This document shows positions 19,201 through 38,600 of a stretch of 64,000 nucleotides of DNA, one piece after another (the first letter of the stretch is position 1; the number at the start of each line of letters is the position of its first letter). The stretch is from NCBI GenBank assembly GCA_964016885.1, contig OZ024744.1, positions 69,316,001 to 69,380,000 of the forward strand. The letters run 5' to 3'. The stretch is from Eledone cirrhosa (lineage: Eukaryota). The position numbers and the translations under genes are program-made. Under the pieces are notes generated by a model. That model saw only the letters and a program-made list of their open reading frames with translations, did not search any database and was not told the DNA's origin.

Positions 19201-22200
19201 TAGACATACACAGACTCAGACATACACAGATATACACTGACATATACATACACAGACTAAGACATACACTGACACAGACATACACTGACATAGACATACA
19301 CAGACATAGATATACACTGACACAGACATACACTGACATAGACATACACAGACTCAGACATACACTGACATAGACATACACTGACATAGACATACACTGG
19401 CATAGACATACTCTGACACATACGTACACTGACACAGACATACACTGACATAGACATAAACTGACATAGACATACACAGACACAGACATACACTGACACA
19501 GACATACACATACTCAGACATACACAGACACAGACATACACTGACATAGACATACACTGACATAGACATACACAGACATAGATATACACAGACACAGACT
19601 TACACTGACACAGACATACACTGACACAGACATACGCTGACACAGACATACACTGACTCAGACATACACAGACTCAGACATACACAGACTCAGACATACA
19701 CTGACACAGAGATACACTGATACCGACATACACTAGCACAGACATACACGGACACAGACATACACTGACACAGACATACACTGACTCAGACATACACTGA
19801 CACAGACATACACTGACACATACATACACTGACACAGACATACACTGATACAGACATACACTGACATAGACATACTCTGACTCAGACATACACAGACTCA
19901 GACATACACAGACTCAGACATACACTGACACAGACATACACTGACACAGACATACACTGACTCAGACATACATTGACACAGACATACACTGACATAGACA
20001 TACACTGACATAGACATACACAGACTCAGACATACACAGACATACACGGACATAGACATACACCGACATAGACATACACAGACTCAGACATACACAGACA
20101 TACACTGACACAGACATAATCTGACATAGACATACACAGACTCAGACATACACTGACATAGACATACACAGACTCAGACATACACTGACACAGACATACA
20201 CTGACATAGACATACACAGACACAGTCATACACTGGCATAGACATACACTGACACAGACATACACTGACATAGACATACACTGACATAGACATACACAGA
20301 GTCAGACATACACTGACATAGACATACACTGACATAGACATACACAGACATAGATATACACTGGCATAGACATACACTGACACAGATATAACACTGACAC
20401 AGACATACACTGACACAACATACACTGCCACATACATACACTGACATAGACATACACAGACACTGACATACACTGACACAGACATACACTGACATAGACA
20501 TACACAGACTCAGACATACACTGACATAGACATACACTGACATAGACATACACAGACTCAGACATACACAGATATACACTGACATATACATACACAGACT
20601 AAGACATACACTGACACGGACATACACTGACATAGACATACACAGACATAGGTATACACTGACACAGACATACACTGACATAGACATACACAGACTCAGA
20701 CATACACTGACATAGACATACACTGACATAGACATACACTGGCATAGACATACGCTGACACATACGTACACTGACACAGACATACACTGACATAGACATA
20801 CACTGACAGAGACATACACTGACATAGACATACACTGACACAGACATACACTGAAATAGACATACACAGACTCAGACATACACTGACATAGACATACACT
20901 GACATAGACATACACAGAGCCAGACATACACAGACATACACTGACATATACATACACAGACTAAGACATACACTGACACAGACATACACTGACATAGACA
21001 TACACAGACATAGATATACACTGGCATAGACATACACTGACACAGACATAACACTGACACAAACATACACTGACACAACATACACTGTCACATACATACG
21101 CTGACATAGACATACACAGACACTGACATACACTGACACAGACATACAATGACATAGACATGAACATAATCAGACATACACTGACATAGACATACACTGA
21201 CATAGACATACACAGACTCAGACATACACTGACATAGACATACACTGACATAGACATACACTGACATAGACATACACAGAGTCAGACATACACAGATATA
21301 CACTGACATATACATACACAGACTAAGACATACACTGACACAGACATACACTGACATAGACATACACAGACATAGATATACACTGACACAGACATACACT
21401 GACATAGATATACACAGACTCAGACATACACTGACATAGACATACACAGACACAGACATACACTGACACAGACATACACTTACACAGACATACACTGATA
21501 CAGACATACACTGACACAGACATACACTGACAGAGACATACACTGACTTAGACATACACTGACATAGACATACACTGACACAGACATACACTGACTCAGA
21601 CATACACAGACTCAGACATACACAGACTCAGACATACGCTGACACAGAGATACACTGATACCGACATACACTAGCACAGACATACACTGACACAGACATA
21701 CACTGACACAGACATACACTGACTCAGACATACACTGACACAGACATACACTGACACATACATACACTGACACAGACATACACTGATACAGACATACACT
21801 GACACAGACATACACTGACTCAGACATACACAGACTCAGACATACACAGACTCAGACATACACTGACACAGACATACACTGACACAGACAAACACTGACT
21901 CAGACATACATTGACACAGACATACACTGACATAGACATACACTGACATAGACATACACAGACTCAGACATACACAGACATACACGGACATAGACATACA
22001 CCGACATAGACATACACAGAGTCAGACATACACTGACATAGACATACACAGACACAGACATACACTGGCATAGACATACACTGACACAGCCATACACTGA
22101 CATAGACATACACTGACATAGACATACACAGACTCAGACATACACAGACACAGACATACACTGACACAGACATAATCTGACATAGACATACACAGACTCA

Positions 22201-25200
22201 GACATACACTGTCATAGACATACACAGACTCAGACATACACTGACACAGACATACACTGACATAGACATACACAGACACAGACATACACTGGCATAGACA
22301 TACACTGACACAGACATACACTGACATAGACATACACTGACATAGACAGACACAGACTCAGACATACATGGGCATAGACATACACAGACTCAGACATACA
22401 CTGACAGAGACGTACACTGACACAGACATACACTGACATAGACATACACTGACATAGACATACACAGAGTCAGACATACACTGACATAGACATACACTGA
22501 CATAGACATACACAGACATAGATATACACTGGCATAGACATACACTGACACAGATATAACACTGACACAGACATACTATGACACAACATACACTGCCACA
22601 TACATACACTGACATAGACATACACAGACACTGACATACACTGACACAGACATACACTGACATAGACATACACAGACTCAGACATACACTGACATAGACA
22701 TACACTGACATAGACATACACAGACTCAGACATACACAGATATACACTGACATATACATACACAGACTAAGACATACACTGACACGTACATACACTGACA
22801 TAGACATACACAGACATAGATATACACTGACACAGACATACACTGACATAGACATACACAGACTCAGACATACACTGACATAGACATACACTGACATAGA
22901 CATACACTGGCATAGACATACACTGACACAGACATACACTGACATAGACATACACAGACTCAGACATACACTGACACAGACATACACTGACATAGACATA
23001 CACTGACACAGACATACACTGACATAGACATACACAGACTCAGACATTCATGGGCATAGACATACACAGACTCAGACATACACAGACTCAGACATACACT
23101 GATATAGACATACACTGACACAGACATACACTGGCATAGACATACACTGACACAGACATACACTGATATAGACATACACAGACTCAGACATACACTGACA
23201 GAGACATACACTGACACAGACATACACTGACATAGACATACACTGACATAGACATACACAGACTCAGACATACACTGACATAGACATACACTGACATAGA
23301 CATACACAGAGTCAGACATACACAGACATACACTGACATATACATACACAGACTAAGACATACACTGACACAGACATACACTGACATAGACATACACAGA
23401 CATAGATATACACTGGCATAGACATACGCTGACACAGACATAACACTGACACAGACATACACTGACACAACATACACTGTCACATACATACGCTGACATA
23501 GACATACACAGACACTGACATACACTGACACAGACATACAATGACATAGACATGAACATAATCAGACATACACTGACATAGACATACACTGACATAGACA
23601 TACACAGACTCAGACATACACTGACATAGACATACACTGACATAGACATACACTGACATAGACATACACAGAGTCAGACATACACAGATATACACTGACA
23701 TATACATACACAGACTAAGACATACACTGACACAGACATACACTGACATAGACATACACAGACATAGATATACACTGACACAGACATACACTGACATAGA
23801 TATACACAGACTCAGACATACACTGACATAGACATACACAGACATAGATATACACTGACACAGACATACACTGACTCAGACATACACAGACACAGACATA
23901 CACTGACACAGACATACACTGACACAGACATACACTGATACAGACATACACTGAGACAGACATACACTGACAGAGACATACACTGACATAGACATACACT
24001 GACATAGACATACACTGACACAGACATACACTGTCACATACATACACTGACACAAAGACATACACTGACATGGACATACACTGACACAGACATACACTGG
24101 CATAGACATACACTGACACAGACATACACTGACATAGACATACACTGACATAGACATACACAGACTCAGACATACACAGACACAGACATACACTGACACA
24201 GACATACACTGACATAGACATACACAGACTCAGACATACACTGACATAGACATACACAGACTCAGACATACACTGACACAGACATACACTGACATAGACA
24301 TACACAGACTCAGACATACAAAGACATACACAGACATAGATATACACTGACACAGACATACTCTGACATAAACATACACTGACATAGACATACACTGACA
24401 CAGACATACACTGACATAGACATACACTGACATAGACATACACATACATAGATATACACTGACACAGACATACACTGACATAGACATACACAGACTCAGA
24501 CATACACTGACAGAGACATACACTGACACAGACATACAGTGACATAGACATACACCGACATAGACATACACAGAGTCAGACATACACTGACATAGACATA
24601 CACAGACATAGATATACACTGGCATAGACATACACTGACACAGACATAACACTGACACAGACATACACTGACACAACATACACTGCCACATACATACACT
24701 GACATAGACATACACAGACTCAGACATACACTGACATAGACATACACTGACATAGACATACACAGACTCAGACATACACAGATATACACTGACATATACA
24801 TACACAGACTAAGACATACACTGACACAGACATACACTGACATAGACATACACAGACATAGATATACACTGACACAGACATACACTGACATAGACATACA
24901 CAGACTCAGACATACACTGACATAGACATACACTGACATAGACATACACTGGCATAGACATACACTGACACATACGTACACTGACACAGACATACACTGA
25001 CATAGACATAAACTGACATAGACATACACAGACATAGACATACACTGACACAGACATACACATACTCAGACATACACAGACACAGACATACACTGACACA
25101 GACATACACTGACACAGACATACACTGACATAGACATATACTGGCATAGACATACACTGACACAGACATACACTGACATAGACATACACTGACATAGACA

Positions 25201-26350
25201 TACACAGACTCAGACATACACTGACATAGACATACACAGACTCAGACATACACTGACACAGACATACACGGACATAGACATACACAGACTCAGACATACA
25301 AAGACATACACAGACATAGATATACACTGACACAGACATACACTGACATAAACATACACTGACATGGACATACACTGACACAGACATACACTGACATAGA
25401 CATACACTGACATAGACATACACAGACATAGATATACACTGACACAGACTTACACTGACACAGACATACACTGACACAGACATACGCTGACACAGACATA
25501 CACTGACTCAGACATACACAGACTCAGACATACACAGACTCAGACATACACTGACACAGAGATACACTGATACAGACATACACTAGCACAGACATACACT
25601 GACACAGACATACACTGACACAGACATACACTGACTCAGACATACACTCATACAGACATACACTGACACATACATACATTGACACAGACATAAACTGATA
25701 CAGACATACACTGACACAGACATACACTGACTCAGACATACACAGACTCAGACATACACTGACACAGACATACACTGACACAGACATACACTGACTCAGA
25801 CATACATTGACACAGACATACACTGACATAGAATACACTGACATAGACATACACAGACTCAGACATACACAGACATACACGGACATAGACATACACCGAC
25901 ATAGACATACACAGAGTCAGACATACACTGACATAGACATACACAGACATAGATATACACTGGCATAGACATACACTGACACAGACATAACACTGATACA
26001 GACATACACTGACAAACATACACTGCCACATACATACACTGACATAGACATACACAGACACTGACATACACTGACACAGACATACACTGACATAGACATA
26101 CACAGACTCAGACATACACTGACATAGACATACACTGACATAGACATACACAGACTCAGAAATACACAGATATACACTGACATATACATACACAGACTAA
26201 GACATACACTGACACAGACATACACTGACATAGACATACACAGACATAGATATACACTGACACAGACATACACTGACATAGACATACACTGGCATAGACA
26301 TACACTGACACATACGTACACTGACACAGACATACACTGACATAGACATA
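8602..26350. repeat. 8,858-bp near-perfect tandem duplication within the satellite (8602-17459 and 17460-26317)
   Basis: Constant 8858 offset (8882/17740, 10038/18896, 14857/23715, 16666/25524). Six single-base differences found by eye: 8698/17556, 11923/20781, 12780/21638, 13608/22466, 14725/23583, 15561/24419. Confidence 0.93.
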
Positions 26351-28871
26351 AACTGACATAGACATACACAGACACAGACATACACTGACACAGACATACA
26401 CATACTCAGACATAAACAGACACAGACATACACTGACACAGACATACACTGACACAGACATACACTGACACAGACATACACTGACATAGACATACACTGA
26501 CATAGACATACACAGACTCAGACATAACACTGACACAGACATACACTGACACAACATACACTGCCACATACATACACTGACATAGACATACACAGACACT
26601 TACATACACTGACACAGACATACACTGACATACACATACACAGACTCAGACATACACTGACATAGACATACACTGACATAGACATACACAGACTCAGACA
26701 TACACAGATATACACTGACATATACATACACAGACTAAGACATACACTGACACAGACATACACTGACATAGACATACACAGACATAGATATACACTGACA
26801 CAGACATACACTGACATAGACATACACAGACTCAGACATACACTGACATAGACATACACTGACATAGACATACACTGGCATAGACATACACTGACACATA
26901 CGTACACTGACACAGACATACACTGACATAGACATAAACTGACATAGACATACACAGACACAGACATACACTGACACAGACATACACATACTCAGACATA
27001 CACAGACACAGACATACACTGACACAGACATACACTGACACAGACATACACTGACACAGACATACACTGACATAGACATACACTGACATAGACATACACA
27101 GACTCAGACATACACAGACACAGACATACACTGACACAGACATACACTGACATAGACATACACAGACTCAGACATACACAGATATACACTGACATATACA
27201 TACACAGACTCAGACATACACTGACATAGACATACACAGACTCAGACAAACACTGACACAGACATACACTGACATAGACATACACAGACTCAGACATACA
27301 AAGACATATACAGACATAGATATACACTGACACAGACATACACTGACATAAACATACACTGACATAGACATACACTGACACAGACATACACTGACATAGA
27401 CATACACTGACATAGACATACACAGACATAGATATACACTGACACAGACATACACTGACATAGACATACACAGACTCAGACATACACTGACATAGACATA
27501 CACTGACACAGACATACACTGACATAGACATACACAGACTCAGACATACATGGGCATAGACATACACAGACTCAGACATACACAGACTCAGACATACACT
27601 GACATAGACATACACTGACACAGACATACACTGGCATAGGCATACACTGACACAGACATACACTGATATAGACATACACAGACTCAGACATACACTGACA
27701 GAGACATACACTGACACAGACATACACTGACGTAGACATACACCGACATAGACATACACAGAGTCAGACATACACTGACATAGACATACACAGACATAGA
27801 TATACACTGGCATAGACATACACTGTCACAGACATAACACTGACACAGACATACACTGACACAACATACACTGCCACATACATACACTGACATAGACATA
27901 CACAGACACTGATATACACTGACACAGACATACACTGACATAGACATACACAGACTCTGACATACACTGACATAGACATACACTGACATAGACATACACA
28001 GACTCAGACATACACAGATATACACTGACATATACATACACAGACTAAGACATACACTGACACAGACATACACTGACATAGACATACACAGACATAGATA
28101 TACACTGACACAGACATACACTGACATAGACATACACAGACTCAGACATACACTGACATAGACATACACTGACATAGACATACACTGGCATAGACATACA
28201 CTGACACATACGTACACTGACACAGACATACACTGACATAGACATAAACTGACATAGACATACACAGACACAGACATGCACTGACACAGACATACACATA
28301 CTCAGACATACACAGACACAGACATACACTGACACAGACATACACTGACACAGACATACACTGACATAGACATACACAGACTCAGACATACACTGACATA
28401 GACATACACAGACTCAGACATACAAAGACATACACAGACATAGATATACACTGACACAGACATACACTGACATAAACATACACTGACATGGACATACACT
28501 GACACAGACATACACTGACATAGACATACACTGACATAGACATACACAGACATAGATATACACTGACACAGACTTACTCTGACACAGACATACACTGACA
28601 CAGACATACGCTGACACAGACATACACTGACTCAGACATACACAGACTCAGACATACACAGACTCAGACATACACTGACACAGAGATACACTGATACAGA
28701 CATACACTAGCACAGACATACACTGACACAGACATACACTGACACAGACATACACTGACTCAGACATACACTGACACAGACATACACTGACACATACATA
28801 CACTGACACAGACATACACTGATACAGACATACACTGACACAGACATACACTGACTCAGACATACACAGAC

Positions 28872-29611
28872 TCAGACATACACAGACTCAGTCATACACT
28901 GACACAGACATACACTGACACACACATACACTGACTCAGACATACATTGACACAGACATACACTGACATAGACATACACTGACATAGACATACACAGACT
29001 CAGACATACACAGACATACACGGACATACATATACACTGACACAGACATACACTGACATAGACATACACAGACTCAGACATACACTGACACAGACATACA
29101 CAGACTCAGATATACACTGACATAGACATACACTGACATAGACATACACAGACATACACAGTCATACACAGACTCAGACATACACTGACTGACACAGACA
29201 TACACTGACATAGACATACACTGACATAGACATACACAGACTCAGACATACACAGACATAGATATACACTGACACAGACATACACTGACACACACATACA
29301 CTGACTCAGACATACATTGACACAGACATACACTGACATAGACATACACTGACATAGACATACACAGACTCAGACATACACAGACATACACGGACATACA
29401 TATACACTGACACAGACATACACTGACATAGACATACACAGACTCAGACATACACTGACACAGACATACACAGACTCAGATATACACTGACATAGACATA
29501 CACTGACATAGACATACACAGACATACACAGTCATACACAGACTCAGACATACACTGACTGACACAGACATACACTGACATAGACATACACTGACACATA
29601 CATACACTGAC
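28872..29611. repeat. ~370-bp local tandem duplication within the satellite
   Basis: Markers CGGACATACATATAC and CACTGACTGACACAG repeat at offset 370 (ORFs 28872/29242). Confidence 0.85.
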
Positions 29612-32600
29612 TCAGACATACAGTGACACAGACATACACAGACTCAGAAATACACTGATACAGACATACACTGACACAGACATACACTGACACAGACATG
29701 CACTGACACAGACATACACTGACACAGACATACACTGACATAGACATACACAGACTCAGACATACACTGACATAGACATACACTGACTCAGACATACACA
29801 GACTCAGACATACACTGACACAGACATACACTGACACATACATACAGTGACACAGACATACACTGACACAGACATACACTGATACAGACATACACTGGCA
29901 TAGACATACACAGACTCAGACATACACTGACACAGAGATACACTGACACAGACATACACAGACATACACTGACACAGACATACACTGACTCAGACATACA
30001 CAGACTCAGATATACAGTGACACAGACATACACTGATACAGACATACACTAGCACAGACATACACTGATATAGACATACACAGACTCAGACATACACTGA
30101 CAGAGACATACACTGACATACACTGGCATAGACATACACAGACTCAGACATACACTGACACAGACATACACTGACATTGACATACACAGACATAGATATA
30201 CACTGACACAGACATATACTGACACAGACATACACTGACACATACATACACTGACACAGACATACACTGACACAGACATACACAGACTCAGACATACACT
30301 GACACAGACATACACTGACACATACATACACTGACACAGACATACACTGACACAGACATACACTGACACAGACATACACAGACTCAGACATTCACTGACA
30401 CAGACATACAGTGACACATACATACACTGACACAGACATACACTGATACAGACATACACTGACACAGACATAACACTGACACAGACATACACTGACCCAA
30501 CATACACTGCCACATACATACACTGACATAGACATACACAGACTCAGACATACACTGACATAGACATACACTGACATAGACATACACAGACTCAGACATA
30601 CACAGATATACACTGACATATACATACACAGACTAAGACATACACTGACACAGACATACACTGACATAGACATACACAGACATAGATATACACTGACACA
30701 GACATAAACTGACATAGACATACACAGACTCAGACATACACTGACATAGACATACACTGACATAGACATACACTGGCATAGACATACACTGACACATACG
30801 TACACTGACACAGACATACACTGACATAGACATAAACTGACATAGACATACACAGACACAGACATACACTGACACAGACATACACATACTCAGACATACA
30901 CAGACACAGACATACACTGACACAGACATACACTGACACAGACATACACTGACATAGACATACACTGACACAGACATACACTGGCATAGACATACACTGA
31001 CACAGACATACACTGACATAGACATACACTGACATAGACATACACAGACTCAGACATACACTGACATAGACATACACAGACTCAGACATACACTGACACA
31101 GACATACACTGACATAGACATACACAGATTCAGACATACAAAGACATACACAGACATAGATATACACTGACACAGACATACACTGACATAAACATACACT
31201 GACATGGACATACACTGGCACAGACATAGACTGACATAGACATACACTGACATAGACATACACAGACATAGATATACACTGACACAGACTTACACTGACA
31301 CAGACATACGCTGACACAGACATTCACTGACTCAGACATACACAGACTCAGACATACACAGACTCAGACATACACTGACACAGAGATACACTGATACAGA
31401 CATACACTACCACAGACATACACTGACACAGACATACACTGACACACACATACACTGACTCAGACATACACTGACACAGACATACACTGACACATACATA
31501 CACTGACACAGACATACACTGATACAGACATACACTGACGCAGACATACACTGACTCAGACATACACTGACTCAGACATACATTGACACAGACATACACT
31601 GACATAGACATACACTGACATAGACATACACAGACTCAGACATACACAGACATACACGGACATAGACATACACCGACATAGACATACACAGAGTCAGACA
31701 TACACTGACATAGACATACACAGACATAGATATACACTGGCATAGACATACACTGACACAGACATAACACTGACACAGACATACACTGACACAACATACA
31801 CTGCCACATACATACACTGACATAGACATACACAGACACTGACATACACTGACACAGACATACACTGACATAGACATACACAGACTCAGACATACACTGA
31901 CACAGACATACACATACTCAGACATACACAGACACAGACATACACTGACACAGACATACACTGACACAGACATACACTGACACAGACATACACATACTCA
32001 GACATACACAGACACAGACATACACTGACACAGACATACACTGACACAGACATACACTGACACAGACATACACTGACATAGACATAAACTGACATAGACA
32101 TACACAGACACAGACATACACTGACACAGACATACACATACTCAGACATACACAGACACAGACATACACTGACACAGACATACACTGACACAGACATACA
32201 CTGACACAGACATACACTGACATAGACATACACTGACATAGACATACACAGACTCAGACATAACACTAACACAGACATACACTGACACAACATACACTGC
32301 CACATACATACACTGACATAGACATACACAGACACTGACATACACTGACACAGACATACACTGACATAGACATACACAGACTCAGACATACACTGACATA
32401 GACATACACTGACATAGACATACACAGACTCAGACATAGACAGATATACACTGACATATACATACACAGACTAAGACATACACTAACACAGACATACACT
32501 GACATAGACATACACAGACATAGATATACACTGACACAGACATACACTGACATAGACATACACAGACTCAGACATACACTGACATAGACATACACTGACA

Positions 32601-35600
32601 TAGACATACACTGGCATAGACATACAATGACACATACGTACACTGACACAGACATGCACTGACATAGACATAAACTGACATAGACATACACAGACACAGA
32701 CATACACTGACACAGACATACACTGACACAGACATACACTGACACAGACATACACTGACATAGACATACACTGACATAGACATACACAGACTCAGACATA
32801 CACAGACACAGACATACACTGACACAGACATACACTGACATAGACATACACAGACTCAGACATACACAGATATACACTGACATATACATACACAGACTCA
32901 GACATACACTGACATAGACATACACAGACTCAGACATACACTGACACAGACATACACTGACATAGACATACACAGACTCAGACATACAAAGACATATACA
33001 GACATAGATATACACTGACACAGACATACACTGACATAAACATACACTGACATAGACATACACTGACACAGACATACACTGACATAGACATACACTGACA
33101 TAGACATACACAGACATAGATATACACTGACACAGACATACACTGACATAGACATACACAGACTCAGACATACACTGACATAGACATACACTGACACAGA
33201 CATACACTGACATAGACATTCACAGACTCAGACATACATGGGCATAGACATACACAGACTCAGACATACACAGACTCAGACATACACTGACATAGACATA
33301 CACTGACACAGACATACACTGGCATAGGCATACACTGACACAGACATACACTGATATAGACATACACAGACTCAGACATACACTGACAGAGACATACACT
33401 GACACAGACATACACTGACGTAGACATACACCGACATAGACATACACAGAGTCAGACATACACTGACATAGACATACACAGACATAGATATACACTGGCA
33501 TAGACATACACTGACACAGACATAACACTGACACAGACATACACTGACACAACATACACTGCCACATACATACACTGACATAGACATACACAGACACTGA
33601 CATACACTGACACAGACATACACTGACATAGACATACACAGACTCAGACATACACTGACATAGACATACACTGACATAGACATACACAGACTCAGACATA
33701 CACAGATATACACTGACATATACATACACAGACTAAGACATACACTGACACAGACATACACAGACATAGATATACACTGACACAGACATACACTGACATA
33801 GACATACACAGACTCAGACATACACTGACATAGACATACACTGACATAGACATACACTGGCATAGACATACACTGACACATACGTACACTGACACAGACA
33901 TACACTGACATAGACATAAACTGACATAGACATATACAGACACAGACATACACTGACACAGACATACACATACTCAGACATAGACAGACACAGACAAACA
34001 CTGACACAGACATACACTGACATAGACATACACTGACACAGACATACACTGGCATAGACATACACTGACACAGACATACACTGACATAGACATACACAGA
34101 CTCAGACATACAAAGACATACACAGACATAGATATACACTGACACAGACATACACTGACATAAACATACACTGACATGGACATACACTGACACAGACATA
34201 CACTGACATAGACATACACTGACATAGACATACACAGACATAGATATACACTGACACAGACATACACTGACACAGACATACACTGCCACATACATACACT
34301 GACATAGACATACACAGACACTGACATACACTGAGACAGACATACACTGACATAGACATACACAGACTCAGACATACACTGACATAGACATACACTGACA
34401 TAGACATACACAGACTCAGACATACACAGATATACACTGACATATACATACACAGACTAAGACATACACTGACACAGACATACACTGACATAGGCATACA
34501 CAGACATAGATATACACTGACACAGACATACACTGACATAGACATACACAGACTCAGACATACGCTGACATAGACATACACTGACATAGACATACACTGG
34601 CATAGACATACACTGACACATACGTACACTGACACAGACATACACTGACATAGACATAAACTGACATAGACATACACAGACACAGACATACACTGACACA
34701 GACATACACATACTCAGACATACACAGACACAGACATACACTGACACAGACATACACTGACACAGACATACACTGACACAGACATACACTGACATAGACA
34801 TACACTGACATAGACATACACAGACTCAGACATAACACTGACACAGACATACACTGACACAACATACACTGCCACATACATACACTGACATAGACATACA
34901 CAGACACTGACATACACTGACACAGACATACACTGACATAGACATACACAGACTCAGACATACACTGACATAGACATACACTGACATAGACATACACAGA
35001 CTCAGAAATAGACAGATATACACTGACATATACATACACAGACTAAGACATACACTAACACAGACATACACTGACATAGACATACACAGACATAGATATA
35101 CACTGACACAGACATACACTGACATAGACATACACAGACTCAGACATACACTGACATAGACATACACTGACATAGACATACACTGGCATAGACATACAAT
35201 GACACATACGTACACTGACACAGACATGCACTGACATAGACATACACATACTCAGACATACACAGACACAGACATACACTGACACAGACATACACTGACA
35301 CAGACATACACATACTCAGACATACACAGACACAGACATACACTGACACAGACATACACTGACACAGACATACACTGACACAGACATACACTGACACAGA
35401 CATACACTGACATAGACATACACAGACTCAGACATACACAGACACAGACATACTCTGACACAGACATACACTGACATAGACATACACAGACTCAGACATA
35501 CACAGATATACACTGACATATACATACACAGACTCAGACATACACTGACATAGACATACACAGACTCAGACATACACAGACACAGACATACTCTGACACA

Positions 35601-38600
35601 GACATACACTGACATAGACATACACAGACTCAGACATACACAGGCACAGACATACTCTGACACAGACATACACTGACATAGACATACACAGACTCAGACA
35701 TACACAGATATACACTGACATATACATACACAGACTCAGACATACACTGACATAGACATACACAGACTCAGACATACACTGACACAGACATACACTGACA
35801 TAGACATACACAGACTCAGACATACAAAGACATATACAGACATAGATATACACTGACACAGACATACACTGACATAAACATACACTGACATAGACATACA
35901 CTGACACAGACATACACTGACATAGACATACAATGACATAGACATACACAGACATAGATATACACTGACACAGACATACACTGACATAGACATACACAGA
36001 CTCAGACATACACTGACATAGACATACACTGACATAGACATACACTGACATAGACATTCACAGACTCAGACATACATGGGCATAGACATACACAGACTCA
36101 GACATACACAGACTCAGACATACACTGACATAGACATACACTGACACAGACATACACTGGCCTAGGCATACACTGACACAGACATACACTGATATAGACA
36201 TACACAGACTCAGACATACACTGACAGAGACATACACTGACACAGACATACACTGACGTAGACATACACCGACATAGACATATACAGAGTCAGACATACA
36301 CTGACATAGATATACACAGACATAGATATACACTGGCATAGACATACACTGACACAGACATAACACTGACACAGACATACACTGACACAACATACACTGC
36401 CACATACATACACTGACATAGACATACACAGACACTGACATACACTGACACAGACATACACTGACATAGACATACACAGACTCAGACATACACTGACATA
36501 GACATACACTGACATAGACATACACAGACTCAGACATACACAGATATACACTGACATATACATACACAGACTAAGACATACACTGACACAGACATACACT
36601 GACATAGACATACACAGACATAGATATACACTGACACAGACATACACTGACATAGACATACACAGACTCAGACATACACTGACATAGACATACACTGACA
36701 TAGACATACACTGGCATAGACATACACTGACACATACGTACACTGACACAGACATACACTGACATAGACATAAACTGACATAGACATATATAGACACAGA
36801 CATACACTGACACAGACATACACATACTCAGACATAGACAGACACAGACATACACTGACACAGACATACACTGACACAGACATACACTGACATAGACATA
36901 CACTGACACAGACATACACTGGCATAGACATACACTGACACAGACATACACTGACATAGACATACACTGACATAGACATACACAGACTCAGACATACACT
37001 GACATAGACATACACAGACTCAGACATACAAAGACATACACAGACATAGATATACACTGACACAGACATACACTGACATAAACATACACTGACATGGACA
37101 TACACTGACACAGACATACACTGACATAGACATACACTGACATAGACATATACAGACATAGATATACACTGACACAGACTTACACTGACACATACATACA
37201 CTGACACAGACATACGCTGACACAGACATACACTGACTCAGACATACACAGACTCAGACATACACAGACTCAGACATACACTGACACAGAGATACACTGA
37301 TACAGACATACACTAGCACAGACATACACTGACACAGACATACACTGTCACAGACATACACTGACTCAGACATACACTGACACAGACATACACTGACACA
37401 TACATACACTGACACAGACATACACTGATACAGACATACACTGACACAGACATACACTGACTCAGACATACACAGACTCAGACATACACAGACTCAGACA
37501 TACACTGACACCACAGACATACACTGACACACACATACACTGACTCAGACATACATTGACACAGACATACACTGACATAGACATACACTGACATAGACAT
37601 ACACAGACTCAGACATACACAGACATACACGGACATAGATATACACTGACACAGACATACACTGACATAGACATACACAGACTCAGACATACACTGACAC
37701 AGACATACACAGACTCAGACATACACTGACATAGACATACACTGACATAGACATACACAGACATACACAGACATACACAGACTCAGACATACACTGACTG
37801 ACACAGACATACACTGACATAGACATACACTGACATAGACATACACAGACTCAGACATACACAGACATACACAGACATAGATATACACTGACACAGACAT
37901 ACACTGACACATACATACACTGACTCAGACATACAGTGACACAGACATACACAGACTCAGACATACACTGATACAGACATACACTGACACAGACATACAC
38001 TGACACAGACATACACTGACACAGACATACACTGACACAGACATACACTGACATAGACATACACAGACTCAGACATACACTGACATAGACATACACTGAC
38101 TCAGACATACACAGACTCAGACATACACTGACACAGACATACACTGACACATACATACAGTGACACAGACATACACTGACACAGACATACACTGATACAG
38201 ACATACACTGGCATAGACATACACAGACTCAGACATACACTGACACAGACATACACTGACACAGACATACACAGACATACACTGACACAGACATACACTG
38301 ACTCAGACATACACAGACTCAGATATACAGTGACACAGACATACACTGATACAGACATACACTAGCACAGACATACACTGATATAGACATACACAGACTC
38401 AGACATACACTGACAGTGACATACACTGACATACACTGGCATAGACATACACAGACTCAGACATACACTGACACAGAGATACACTGACACAGACATACAC
38501 ATACATACACTGACACAGACATACACTGACACAGACATACACTGACACATACATACACTGACACAGACATACACTGACACAGACATACACAGACTCAGAC

